A stretch of 64,000 nucleotides of DNA from Verrucomicrobiales bacterium. GTDB lineage: Bacteria > Verrucomicrobiota > Verrucomicrobiia > Verrucomicrobiales > V1-33. Position numbers and translations under genes: made by a program. The DNA is taken from the NCBI GenBank assembly GCA_031411295.1, contig JANOAV010000083.1, forward strand, positions 1 to 64,000. The letters are read 5' to 3'. Of this stretch, positions 27,569 to 36,910 are shown piece after piece (the first letter of the stretch is position 1; every line of letters begins with the position of its first letter). The notes below the pieces were generated by a model. It did not search any database. It saw only the letters and a list, made by a program, of their open reading frames with translations, and was not told where the DNA came from.

Positions 27569-27643
27569 CATGTCCGAATAACGTTTGGGATCGACTCTCT
27601 TCCAGCGTAGCGTAGATCGTGCAAACGAACCCACCCATAAGCT

Positions 27644-29356
27644 ATGGCAGAAAATAACACGAACACTGCCAAAGAAAAGCTGGGCAAGACTTTCGGCCAA
27701 CTCTGGGCCATCACCAAGGCCTTTTTCAGATCGGAGCGTCGGAAGCGCGCACGCGTTCTGTTGGTGCTCTTGCTGGTTCTCTCGGTAGCCTATGTCATGG
27801 TGACGGTGCTCACGAGTTATGCGGGGCGGGATTTCATTACGGCCATTGAGAAAAAGGATGGGGCAGCCTATCGCAGTGCCATGTGGCGCTATCTGGGCAC
27901 CTTCGTCGTGGCGATCTTGATCAACGTTTGGTATCGCTGGGCAGAACAATCGCTGGCCCTGCTCTGGCGGGAATGGATGTCGCAGCATTTAATTAAACGC
28001 TATTTCAACAATCGCGCCTACTACCGGCTCCGCGGTTCGGAAAACATTGATAACCCGGACCAGCGGATCTGTGAAGATGTGCGGAATTTCACCCAAGATT
28101 CCTTGGGCTATGCGCTCATGGTGGTGAACTCTGTGATGACCCTGGTTGGCTTCCTGGGCGTGCTATGGAGTATTTCGGGAGCCTTGGTCGGGGTGGCCGT
28201 AGTCTACGCGATTGTCGGCACGTTCCTGTGCTTCGTGATTGGCCGGAGATTAGTCAGGCTCCACTATGACAAGTATCAGAAGGAGGCGGATCTTCGCTAT
28301 GGCTTGGTGCGGGTCCGGGACAATGCGGAATCCATTGCGTTTTATCGTGGGGAGAAGCGGGAGCATCTGGATCTGGTCCAACGGGTGGCTTCCGTGGTGA
28401 TGAATATGCGCTCCATCATCGTGTGGACCAGAAACCTCGGCTTCTTCCGCAACAGTTACAATTACCTCGCGCTGGTGGTGCCGATCCTGATCGTGGCTCC
28501 GATGTTCATGCGTGGTGAAATGCCGTTCGGAGTGGTGACACAAACGCTGGAAGCCTTTGCCGCCGTGCTTGGCGCCGTCTCGCTCGTGGCCAACAACTTT
28601 GAAGGCCTCAGCGCTTATTTGGCGGGGGTGCAACGGTTGGGAATTCTGTGGGATGAATTAGATGACTTCGACGCTGAAGAAGAACGCAGCGCCCGCGAGA
28701 GCCTGCAGCAACTGAACGAAACCAGCACCAAAGTGAAATTGGAGAAGCTGAATGTCCTCACACCCGACGGGGCCAAACAGTTGGCCACGGAGCTGTCGTT
28801 TGAATTGAGCGGCACCCAAAGTCTCATCATCATGGGGGCTAGCGGCAGCGGCAAAAGCTCCATCATGCGAACCATTGCCGGTCTGTGGCCCAGTGGCTCA
28901 GGTTTACTGGAACGCCCGGCCTTGGCCCAACTGATGTTTCTCCCGCAGCGTCCTTATATGGTCACGGGAAATTTACGGGACCAACTGCGCTACCCGGATC
29001 AGAATCGAAAAGATGAAGATAACCACATTCGAGAAATTATGGAGCAGGTAAATCTGGCCGATGTGCTGTCCCGAGTGGATGGAGATTTGGATCGGGTGAT
29101 CGATTGGACGAATGTGCTATCACTGGGTGAGCAACAACGGGTGGCCTTCGCCAGACTTTTCCTCCGTCTCCCGAAATTTGTGTTTTTGGATGAAGCTACC
29201 AGCGCCTTGGATGAGGATAATCAACGCCACATTTATGAAATGATTCGCCAGTCTGGAATCGGATTCATCAGCGTGGGCCATCGCGAAACGCTGATCCAGT
29301 ATCATGACCGAGTGCTCCTACTGGAAGGCGATGGAAGGTGGCACATTTCCGCTTAG
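27644..29356 (+). CDS. fused permease/ATPase ABC transporter (YddA/ABCD-like)
   Basis: IDNPDQRI, EADLRYGLVRVRDNAESIAFY, Walker A GASGSGKS, LSLGEQQR and LDEATSALD. Confidence 0.93.
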   Translation: MAENNTNTAKEKLGKTFGQLWAITKAFFRSERRKRARVLLVLLLVLSVAYVMVTVLTSYAGRDFITAIEKKDGAAYRSAMWRYLGTFVVAILINVWYRWAEQSLALLWREWMSQHLIKRYFNNRAYYRLRGSENIDNPDQRICEDVRNFTQDSLGYALMVVNSVMTLVGFLGVLWSISGALVGVAVVYAIVGTFLCFVIGRRLVRLHYDKYQKEADLRYGLVRVRDNAESIAFYRGEKREHLDLVQRVASVVMNMRSIIVWTRNLGFFRNSYNYLALVVPILIVAPMFMRGEMPFGVVTQTLEAFAAVLGAVSLVANNFEGLSAYLAGVQRLGILWDELDDFDAEEERSARESLQQLNETSTKVKLEKLNVLTPDGAKQLATELSFELSGTQSLIIMGASGSGKSSIMRTIAGLWPSGSGLLERPALAQLMFLPQRPYMVTGNLRDQLRYPDQNRKDEDNHIREIMEQVNLADVLSRVDGDLDRVIDWTNVLSLGEQQRVAFARLFLRLPKFVFLDEATSALDEDNQRHIYEMIRQSGIGFISVGHRETLIQYHDRVLLLEGDGRWHISA

Positions 29357-29465
29357 CATTCCTTACGGGACGAGCACAAAGCTCACGGTGTGGCCTGGAG
29401 GTCAGGATCATCCGCGGCGCTCACGCCTAGATGCTACCGTGAACGAGGATAGCTGAGGGCGTAAG

Positions 29466-29482
29466 GTAGGGTTAAGCCCCAT
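29466..29482 (+). promoter_or_regulatory. 17-bp regulon box 5
   Basis: GTAGGGTTAAGCCCCAT, N22, GAGGCT (29505-29510). Confidence 0.75.
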
Positions 29483-29587
29483 AGCAAGCTTTGGCATTCA
29501 CGAAGAGGCTGGCTTGTGACGACTTCCAGCCTGCACTATGGAACTCGTTGCGTCCATAGTTCTGATCACTCTATCTAAATTTCCATC

Positions 29588-29848
29588 ATGAATCAAAATC
29601 CGCCGACTCCGACTCCGGTTCCGCCAACAATCCCTCCACTGATCCCCCCATTGACTCCGCCGCCAATACCAACGCCGTTGCCGTTGCCGGTGCCGCTGCC
29701 AACCCCGACCGCTAGTCCCATTCCTATGGATCCGACGTTGAGTCCTTTCGAGGCGGACATTGCTAACAGTGAGAAGGATAGTTGGCTGCCAGAGAACTCC
29801 TCGGGCGATGCCCAACTCCTGCCTCCGCCGGATGTTGGCCCGGCCTAG
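29588..29848 (+). CDS. Pro-rich small hypothetical protein
   Basis: 86-aa ORF downstream of box 5, with a Pro/Thr-rich N-half and an acidic C-half. Confidence 0.5.
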   Translation: MNQNPPTPTPVPPTIPPLIPPLTPPPIPTPLPLPVPLPTPTASPIPMDPTLSPFEADIANSEKDSWLPENSSGDAQLLPPPDVGPA

Positions 29849-29869
29849 CATTCCTACGAAAGAACCGAC

Positions 29870-29886
29870 GTAGGGTTTGGCCCCAT
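29870..29886 (+). promoter_or_regulatory. 17-bp regulon box 6
   Basis: GTAGGGTTTGGCCCCAT, N22, GAAGCT (29909-29914), upstream of the ECF sigma gene. Confidence 0.78.
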
Positions 29887-29938
29887 TTTCACACGATTCC
29901 TTTTAGGCGAAGCTCTAGCTTCTCCTACCTTTAATTTA

Positions 29939-30634
29939 ATGAATTTACTACTCCCCGCTGAGGCACCTGCTGACGCCTCACGCCTGTCACCGATGCCACA
30001 CCATAAAGCCAGGTCACAGCAAACCTCGCATCTGCTCACGGCAGACCAGCGGGCCCAGCGCCAAGCCCAACTGATAACCCTGGTGGCCAACGGAAACCTC
30101 GGTGCATTCAACGCGCTCTATGGAGAGATGTCACGCGCGCTGTTTGTGATCGTAGTAGAGATTCTAGAAGATGACGCTGAGGCGGAAGATGTCATACAAG
30201 AAGTATTTCTCAAGATTTGGGAAAAGGCTGCCAGCTTTGATGGGACGCGCGGCAAGGTTATTAACTGGGCGATCAGGATCGCCAAAAATAAGGCGATTGA
30301 TCGCCACCGCCGGCGGAAGCAATTCCGGATATTTCAAGAGCAAACGAGCGAAGGTGTTATCACCGCACCCTGCGGGCCATTCCAAGAAACAGAGCACATG
30401 CAGCGGGAGGATGCTGCGGAGTTGCGCTCTGCTCTCAAATGCCTTCCCCCCAAACAACGCACCGCCATTGAACTTGCCTTTCTGGCAGGGCTGACGCATT
30501 CGGAAGTGTCTGTGGCGCTTGGTCAACCGATAGGCACTGTGAAAGCGAATATCCGCCGTGGACTCCTGGACTTGAGGGAACGGATGAAAGCCTGGAGATG
30601 TCAGGACCTGCACCACCCCAAAACTTTGCACTGA
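29939..30634 (+). CDS. ECF sigma-70 factor (SigK-like)
   Basis: Region 2 AEDVIQEVFLKIWEKAASFD...IAKNKAIDR and region 4 LPPKQRTAIELAF-GLTHSEV...GTVKANIRRGL. Confidence 0.92.
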   Translation: MNLLLPAEAPADASRLSPMPHHKARSQQTSHLLTADQRAQRQAQLITLVANGNLGAFNALYGEMSRALFVIVVEILEDDAEAEDVIQEVFLKIWEKAASFDGTRGKVINWAIRIAKNKAIDRHRRRKQFRIFQEQTSEGVITAPCGPFQETEHMQREDAAELRSALKCLPPKQRTAIELAFLAGLTHSEVSVALGQPIGTVKANIRRGLLDLRERMKAWRCQDLHHPKTLH

Positions 30635-30656
30635 ATACCACTCAGCGTGGGTGGAA

Positions 30657-30673
30657 GTAGGTGTTCACCCCAT
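30657..30673 (+). promoter_or_regulatory. 17-bp regulon box 7
   Basis: GTAGGTGTTCACCCCAT. The best -10 (TAGAAT, 30701-30706) is at N27 rather than N22. Confidence 0.7.
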
Positions 30674-30760
30674 CGACAAGCGAGGCGAACTGGACATCTG
30701 TAGAATTTGCAATTAGTGCACTTATGAAATCACCCAGATCCACATCTTCCCAGTAACACC

Positions 30761-31285
30761 ATGGACACTACAGCAACCCATCTTGGTAACGCATCTCTTG
30801 GTAACGCCCATGTCAGAGTCTCTGCTTACCTTCACGAGCAGAAGGAAAGCATCCTTTCCGAATGGATGGAACGGGTGCGGGCCGACCCTGCCATCAGTGC
30901 GACAAACATTCTAAACACGGTCGCTGTCCGAAATCACCTCCCCGAGATCTTTAACGATCTCACAGCTTCGCTTAGGCGTATCGGCAGCGTGACCGCCACG
31001 AATCAGGCTTGCAAGGATGCCGAGGAGCATGGCGCGGCACGAATGGAGCAGGGCTACGAACTCAGCGAAATGCTGCGCGAGATTAAACACCTCAGAGCCA
31101 TCATCATTCGGCATTTGCGAATCTTTGACGATCAAAATCGAGAGCTTGAACTGCCTGTCCGCGTGGTTATCTCAACAACCCTGCACGCTTTTCTCGATCA
31201 GCTCATGATTGATGCTACGGAAGAATTTCTGTGGGCTAAGATGACCTTGCAGGAGCGAATTCATCTTGGATACATCCGTTCCTGA
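30761..31285 (+). CDS. stand-alone RsbRD N-terminal-like sensory domain protein
   Basis: ESILSEWMERV...RNHLPEIFNDL...AEEHGAARMEQGYELSEMLRE pattern, with no output domain. Confidence 0.7.
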   Translation: MDTTATHLGNASLGNAHVRVSAYLHEQKESILSEWMERVRADPAISATNILNTVAVRNHLPEIFNDLTASLRRIGSVTATNQACKDAEEHGAARMEQGYELSEMLREIKHLRAIIIRHLRIFDDQNRELELPVRVVISTTLHAFLDQLMIDATEEFLWAKMTLQERIHLGYIRS

Positions 31286-31317
31286 GTGCGGGCACCGCCC
31301 GGACACTTGGAGCCACG

Positions 31318-31539
31318 CAGCCGGGTTTCACCCCATTGAAAAGTGAAGCTTTTGTGTGTAGTGTGCCGTCGCTGGTTGAAAAAGAAAATGAGCATACCAA
31401 CAAACTACGCACCCAAATGACAACACTCGAAATCAAAGGCGACTGGAACATCATCAAAGGCACGCTCAAGCAGAAGTGGGCTCAACTGACGGAGGATGAT
31501 CTCCAATACACGGAAGGCAAGGCAGAGGAAATGATCGGC
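31318..31539 (+). repeat. 222-bp duplicated promoter plus 5' csbD, copy A
   Basis: Aligns without gaps (offset 7,691) and with few substitutions to 39009-39230. Confidence 0.92.
31320..31336 (+). promoter_or_regulatory. 17-bp regulon box 8
   Basis: GCCGGGTTTCACCCCAT, N22, TAGTGT (31359-31364). The final T of the box starts a TTGAAA -35. Confidence 0.85.
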
Positions 31540-31563
31540 ATTCACAAAAGGAAAACTCTATGA
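31417..31563 (+). pseudogene. csbD: 3'-truncated csbD copy
   Basis: Identical protein to the 39108 copy up to EEMIG, then IHKRKTL*. The stop overlaps the next ATG. Confidence 0.85.
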
Positions 31564-32321
31564 ACCCCATCTCAGACCTCGTCCGAAAATGTTTCGCCGC
31601 TTATGAGTCGAAAGACCGTGGGGCAATCGAAGCCCTTCTGAGTGACGACCTCACCTTCAGCAGTCCCCTTGATGACAACATCAGCCGAGAACGATATTTT
31701 GAGCGGTGCTGGCCGAATAGCGGGCACCTTCGCGCCTTTCACATCGAGAAACTCTACGCTAAGGGAAACCATGCCTTTGTTATCTATGAAGCGGAACAAA
31801 ACAATGGGGCAAAATTTCGGAACACCGAGTTCTTCACCAGCGACGGAGAAAAGCTCAAGCATGTCGATGTCTATTTCGGAACGGAAACCGTTGAAGCGGC
31901 TAACGAAGCCGAAATCCGCGCGCTGATCGACAATACGGTGGAAGCCTGCCGAGCCAAAGACTCCAGCGCATTGACGGCCAACTACGCGCCGGAAGTGCTC
32001 GCCTTCGATCTCGTCAATCCGCTGAGCTATCGCGGAACCGAGGCCGTGGGAAAACGGGCGGCGGAATGGTTCTCTTCGTGGCAAGGCGCGTTCGACTACG
32101 AGATTCACGACCTCAGCGTGGCGGTCAGCGGTGCCACGGCCTTTGGTCATAGCCTCAACCATGTCAACGGAACGACGACCGACGGACAGCCCGTCGATAT
32201 GTCGTGGCGGGCGACTATCTGCTGCCAACGCATTGAGGGCAAATGGCTGATTACGCATCAGCACAGTTCTGTGCCTTTCGACATGGAGAGCGGCAAGGCG
32301 TCTCTCGACACTAAACCATAG
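31560..32321 (+). CDS. tandem NTF2/SnoaL-like domain protein
   Basis: First domain FSSPLDD-ISRERYFERCWP...FRNTEFF...VDVYFG. Second domain EAEIRALI...W-ITHQHSSVPFDMESGKA. Confidence 0.88.
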   Translation: MNPISDLVRKCFAAYESKDRGAIEALLSDDLTFSSPLDDNISRERYFERCWPNSGHLRAFHIEKLYAKGNHAFVIYEAEQNNGAKFRNTEFFTSDGEKLKHVDVYFGTETVEAANEAEIRALIDNTVEACRAKDSSALTANYAPEVLAFDLVNPLSYRGTEAVGKRAAEWFSSWQGAFDYEIHDLSVAVSGATAFGHSLNHVNGTTTDGQPVDMSWRATICCQRIEGKWLITHQHSSVPFDMESGKASLDTKP

Positions 32322-32379
32322 GAACTCTCAATGCCGGCACTTCCCGATCATTCCAACCACGCCAACGAGAATTCTAATT

Positions 32380-33462
32380 ATGAGCAGTGAAATACCTAAA
32401 GTTCGCACCGGACAAGGTTCTACCAAATTATCTCGCGAAGAGTTCGAGCACCGCTACCGGGCGCAGTTTGTGGATCCCGCTTTTGACGCAGCGAAGCCAG
32501 AAGTCGAGCGACTGACGGGCATCGCGTGGGAGGCTTATGCCGACAGTCGCAAAAGCCCGCACACGCGAAAAGCCGGACCGGGGTTTGCCGATCCCGAGTT
32601 CGAACTTTCGGTCGAATGGCTGGAGACGTGCGCGGCCATCCAGGCTGCGCAGCGGCGCTTCGAGGATCGCAGCGGCAAGTCGCGCATCCTGCTCATCTCC
32701 GCTTCGCCACGCACCGATGAAACGTGCCCGAGCGAGATGGCGAAAACGTTCCGCGTCACGACCCAGTTGCGCGAATGCATTGAGAAGGAGGACGGCTTCG
32801 AGGTGGACTTCCTCGACCTGAGCCAGATCAATTCCGAATATGGTCGCCACATTCATCCGTGCAAAGCGTGCGTCTCGACAGCCATGCCGCTCTGCCACTG
32901 GCCGTGCTCGTGTTACCCGAATCACTACATGGGTCAGATTCACGATTGGATGAATGAACTGTATCCGCGTTGGGTTGCCGCGCATGGCGTGATGATCGTG
33001 ACGCCGGTCCACTGGTATCAAGCGCCGAGCGTGTTGAAGTTGATGATGGATCGCCTCGTCTGCGCGGACGGTGGCAATCCAGATCCAACGAGCACGCATG
33101 GCAAAGAGGCAGCGGAGGCTAAGGCTATCGAACTGAAGGGCTGGGATTTTCCGAGGCATCTCAAGGGTCGGATTTTTTCTGTGATTACACATGGCGACTC
33201 GTCTGGTATCGAAAGTCTGCGGCGCAACCTGCACGACTGGCTGACGGATATGGAACTCGTGCCCGCCGGAGCTGCGGCGGTCTTTGATCGCTTCATCGGC
33301 TACTACGAGCCGTATGCTACTAGCCATGAGGCGCTGGATCGGGACACAGCCTTCATGGTGGAAGCGACGAACGCTGTGCTGACGCTGATAGCTGCCGTAA
33401 CGGAAATGCGCAAAGGCCGCCAGCCGCCAGGCGACGATCTCGAATCGCCACGCCCGAAATAA
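32380..33462 (+). CDS. flavodoxin family / NAD(P)H-dependent FMN reductase-like protein
   Basis: CPSEMAKT, IHPCKACVSTAMPLCHWPCSCYP, TPVHWYQ and DRLVCADGGNPD. Confidence 0.88.
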   Translation: MSSEIPKVRTGQGSTKLSREEFEHRYRAQFVDPAFDAAKPEVERLTGIAWEAYADSRKSPHTRKAGPGFADPEFELSVEWLETCAAIQAAQRRFEDRSGKSRILLISASPRTDETCPSEMAKTFRVTTQLRECIEKEDGFEVDFLDLSQINSEYGRHIHPCKACVSTAMPLCHWPCSCYPNHYMGQIHDWMNELYPRWVAAHGVMIVTPVHWYQAPSVLKLMMDRLVCADGGNPDPTSTHGKEAAEAKAIELKGWDFPRHLKGRIFSVITHGDSSGIESLRRNLHDWLTDMELVPAGAAAVFDRFIGYYEPYATSHEALDRDTAFMVEATNAVLTLIAAVTEMRKGRQPPGDDLESPRPK

Positions 33463-33478
33463 CAAAAACGTAAACTTT

Positions 33479-34177
33479 ATGAACCCACACACCGAACCAC
33501 AGCCGCTGGCGGAGAATCTCTGGCTGCTCGCCTATCCCTTGAAAATGCTGGGCGCTGACTTGCGGCGCAACGTTACAATCATCCGCCTCCACTCAGGAAA
33601 GCTGGTGATTCACTCCACGGCTCCGTTTACTCAAGAGGACGTGACGGCCATCCGCGCACTGGGCGAACCTGGTTGGCTACTGGACGGCATTTTGCGGCAT
33701 GACACTTTTGCCAAGGAAGGGCGAGCGGCGTTTCCGGGCATTCCATATCTTGCTCCAGAGGGATTTTCGGAAGTGGTCGGATTCCCCACTGAGCTGATGG
33801 TGCCAGTGCCAGTCGAGTGGGGCGACGAGCTTTTGGCTTTGGAAATTCAGGGCGCACCGGTGGCCCGTGATACTGCGCTGCTGCATGTGCCATCGCGCAC
33901 GTTGATCCTCACCGAGCTGGTCTTCAATTTCGGAGACCACGAGCCGCTCTGGACGGAGTTGCTGCTGCGCGTTGCCGTGGGTGGCCAGCATCATCCGGGA
34001 ATGTCGCGCCCGTTCAAGGCAGGGGTGAAGGACGAGGCTGCATTCCAGAGTTCGCTGGCTGCGATCTTTGCCTGGGATTTCGACCGGGTCATCGTCGGAC
34101 ACGGTGATGTCATTAATTTCGACGGCAAAGCAAAGCTGCGCGCGTCCCTGGCAGCAGCGGGATTTGCACCCGCATGA
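33479..34177 (+). CDS. DUF4336-family (metallo-beta-lactamase-like) protein
   Basis: RNVTIIRL-SGKLVIHS, LHVPSRTLILT-LVFN and WDFDRVIVGHG. Confidence 0.82.
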   Translation: MNPHTEPQPLAENLWLLAYPLKMLGADLRRNVTIIRLHSGKLVIHSTAPFTQEDVTAIRALGEPGWLLDGILRHDTFAKEGRAAFPGIPYLAPEGFSEVVGFPTELMVPVPVEWGDELLALEIQGAPVARDTALLHVPSRTLILTELVFNFGDHEPLWTELLLRVAVGGQHHPGMSRPFKAGVKDEAAFQSSLAAIFAWDFDRVIVGHGDVINFDGKAKLRASLAAAGFAPA

Positions 34178-34196
34178 CCACACTGATGTTATCCCC

Positions 34197-36062
34197 ATGA
34201 CTGCATCCGCATCTCCTCCGCGCCATCGTCGCCTTCGCTTGGCTCTCGTTAGTCTGGCGGTTATCTGGGCCATTGGCTGGGTGGCGTATCATGCGCTGTT
34301 AAGTGCCGGGCAGAAGAAATTGAGAGAACAACTGGCCGCGCGCGGGCTTAGCCTGGAAAGCCGCAGCGAGTCGTGGTCATTCTTGGGCGGCATCGTTCTC
34401 AAGGACGCCGCCTTGCGCCACGTTGATGGTGTTCATCAGCCATTGGTCGAGCTTAGCGCGCTGCATGTGGGCGTGCTCTGGGGGGAGTTGTTGCATGAGC
34501 ACAAGGTCGCCACGCGCTGGCAGTCGGATGATGCTGCGCTGTCGCTGACGGATGCCGACGGGGCCCTCAGCATCGAGCATTTCACCCTTGATTGCGAAGT
34601 GCGCGGCAACACCATTGCAATCACCCGTCTCGAAGCGAATCACGACGCGCTGCGGTTCGTGCTCTCTGGGCAGATCATCACCACTGCCGATACGAACGAG
34701 CCACCTGGACCCATCGCACTCGACTTGAAACCTCTGCGTGCGGTGTTCGCAGCGATCGGCATGAAGGCAGGCACTGGGTCATTCACTATCGAGGGCGATT
34801 TGGCAATGGATTTAAGCCAGACGCCGTCCACTTGGAAAGCATCGTTGCAGGGCACGGGCAAGCAAGTCGAATGGCGCGGGCTGCCGTTGCAGGAAGTCGA
34901 ACTGAAGGCACAACTTGCAGATACGGGACTCGTGTTGACTGGCGACGTCAAATTTACGAAAGGTTCGGCCACACTTGCTCTGAATCGCGATGGTTGGCAG
35001 ACTGAACCGCTGTTGTTGGAAGGAACGCTGACCGATGATTCCGGGCACAGCGATTCCTTCAAAGGCAGGCACCTCGGAGACAAGGGAACCCTGACTATCG
35101 CCCGTCTGGAGGGGAATGCGAACCTGCTGGAACTGGCGCACAATGTGCCGGACATCGCAGCGCAACTGCCTGCCAATGTCCACGTCACGACGTTTCCCGA
35201 TCTCGCGGTCACTGGCTTCGTGCTGCACATTGGCGGCAAGGAGACGGACTGGTCGCTCGCTGGCCTGCAATTGCGCAGCCCGGCAGCGCTCGACGTGGTA
35301 GTGCGGGAGCATCCGGTGAACATTGATGAACTGACCGGCCACCTGTCTTATGACCAACACAGCTTCCACATGGAAGGCGTGAAAGGCCGTCTGCTCGGCG
35401 GCCAGTTCGCCCTAGCCGCCATTTACGACGGCAGCAAGCTCAGCGATGCTGACATCAGCATTCGCGAGGTGCATCTTGCCCAGTTGTCCCCCTGGGTTGG
35501 CAAGCTGCGCAGCGGTCTTGACGACTCGGAACTCTCGCTCACTTACCAAGGAGCGATCTGTAACGAACCGATCCATTCCACCGGCGGCGGCTCCTTGGCG
35601 CTGACGCATACGCCCGTGGTCCATGTCCCGCTGCTGGACCAAGCCTACTTCTTGTTTCCCAAAGTCATACCGCGCGAGCATCCCGAAGGCATGGGTGAGG
35701 TGGCGGTCGATTTCTCCATGACGAAGGGTATCGCAACGATTGAGAAAATGAAGGCGCTTGGGCAGTCTGTCGTGGTCACTGCCAGCGGCAAGGTGGACTT
35801 GAACCATCGTCAGGTCGATGGCACTGCCCGCGCCAACTTGCGCGGCATAGCCGGAGTCGCCCTGTCACCAGTCAGTGTGGTGCTGTTGGAGATGAAGGTG
35901 AGCGGCCCATTTGAGGACATCAGCGTGTCACCGCTGGGCGCTTTTGGCGCGGCCAAGACCGTGGTTACAGGCTCCGCGAAACTCAGCACTGGTGTGCTGC
36001 GAGAAGGATTGTCATTGCCCTTCGAAGCACTCGGCATGTTCCGAAAAGAAAAGCAGCGCTGA
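34197..36062 (+). CDS. AsmA-like protein
   Basis: N-terminal TM anchor, beta-rich body, and an AsmA-like C-terminus (VTASGKVDL...LLEMKVSGPFED). Start placed at the ATG at 34197. Confidence 0.72.
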   Translation: MTASASPPRHRRLRLALVSLAVIWAIGWVAYHALLSAGQKKLREQLAARGLSLESRSESWSFLGGIVLKDAALRHVDGVHQPLVELSALHVGVLWGELLHEHKVATRWQSDDAALSLTDADGALSIEHFTLDCEVRGNTIAITRLEANHDALRFVLSGQIITTADTNEPPGPIALDLKPLRAVFAAIGMKAGTGSFTIEGDLAMDLSQTPSTWKASLQGTGKQVEWRGLPLQEVELKAQLADTGLVLTGDVKFTKGSATLALNRDGWQTEPLLLEGTLTDDSGHSDSFKGRHLGDKGTLTIARLEGNANLLELAHNVPDIAAQLPANVHVTTFPDLAVTGFVLHIGGKETDWSLAGLQLRSPAALDVVVREHPVNIDELTGHLSYDQHSFHMEGVKGRLLGGQFALAAIYDGSKLSDADISIREVHLAQLSPWVGKLRSGLDDSELSLTYQGAICNEPIHSTGGGSLALTHTPVVHVPLLDQAYFLFPKVIPREHPEGMGEVAVDFSMTKGIATIEKMKALGQSVVVTASGKVDLNHRQVDGTARANLRGIAGVALSPVSVVLLEMKVSGPFEDISVSPLGAFGAAKTVVTGSAKLSTGVLREGLSLPFEALGMFRKEKQR

Positions 36063-36272
36063 TGGTGCCGGAGCTTTCGGCACGAATGGTGCCGCCGTGG
36101 AGATGAGCGCTTGGCAAATAGGGAGTCCGGGCCCCGAGGCCTCCGAACTTCCCTTCAGCACGTTCCAGAGCACTTTCCTGCCCGATTACCTGCGGGCAGC
36201 AAATGGAGCACACCTGCTGCACAGCTCCATTGAGATCCAGCGGTTCGATGCGCAGTTCCAGCTTGCCGCTCT
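36062..36272 (-). pseudogene. deletion-riddled remnant of a histidine kinase HisKA/HATPase region
   Basis: Blocks of DNA similarity to 40830-41275, e.g. GATGCGCAGTTCCAGCTT, ATGGAGCACAC, AGCACGTTCCA and TGCCGCCGTGGAG, in the same order with large internal deletions. Confidence 0.8.
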
Positions 36273-36356
36273 TTTGGAGAATAGCAAGGTCCGGAGCGAC
36301 GTCGCACTGGCGAGATGATGCTTAATGGTTTAGGGAGAGGATATGGCATCTCCTAT

Positions 36357-36439
36357 CAGGCAAACAGATGGCGGAACACGTTAGGCGCGAGGACTTGATC
36401 CTCACGGTCTAGCAACGACCCGCCATCTGTTTAAACCTG
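36357..36439. terminator. long imperfect hairpin between convergent genes
   Basis: Perfect 13-bp arms AAACAGATGGCGG (36362-36374) and CCGCCATCTGTTT (36420-36432), enclosing a further GAGGA/TCCTC stem. Confidence 0.65.
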
Positions 36440-36462
36440 CGCGGAGAGTGAAGGGTTGAGGC

Positions 36463-36762
36463 CTAGCGGCGGTTGATTAACCCTGTGACGAGGGCTCCTG
36501 CGAGGGCTCCGAGTCCGAAGGCGATGCCAGCGGAATAGAAGGGATTGTCCCGGACAGCGTCGCCCGTAGCTTTGGCACCTTCGACGGCTTTATCCCGAAC
36601 GATGGCCGCCAAGTCTTTGCCACTTTCCACAGCGGAGTTGAGACCTTGACGTGCGGAGTCGACTTTCTCTCCAACATAGTTAGCGGCGGTGTGGGCCACG
36701 GAACGGACGTCGTCGGCAAGGGCTCCAATTTCGCGTTTAGGATCAAGGGTGGATGTATTCAT
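36463..36762 (-). CDS. DUF883/ElaB/YqjD-family tail-anchored stress protein
   Basis: Amphipathic helices followed by VRDNPFYSAGIAFGLGALAG-L...RR. Confidence 0.9.
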   Translation of the reverse strand: MNTSTLDPKREIGALADDVRSVAHTAANYVGEKVDSARQGLNSAVESGKDLAAIVRDKAVEGAKATGDAVRDNPFYSAGIAFGLGALAGALVTGLINRR

Positions 36763-36846
36763 GGTATTGATGTGTGTTAGTTGTTGTGATGATAGAACAG
36801 AAAATGTGTTCAGGGCGCATTATCCATGCAGTGGGAGAGGCAGCCA

Positions 36847-36863
36847 ATGGGGTCTTCTCCTAC
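36847..36863 (-). promoter_or_regulatory. 17-bp regulon box 9
   Basis: GTAGGAGAAGACCCCAT, N22, GATAAT (36819-36824). Confidence 0.82.
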
Positions 36864-36910
36864 TCCTGAGGGCGTGCTCACCACCCGCCAGCCTTCCGAC
36901 GTAGTGATGA

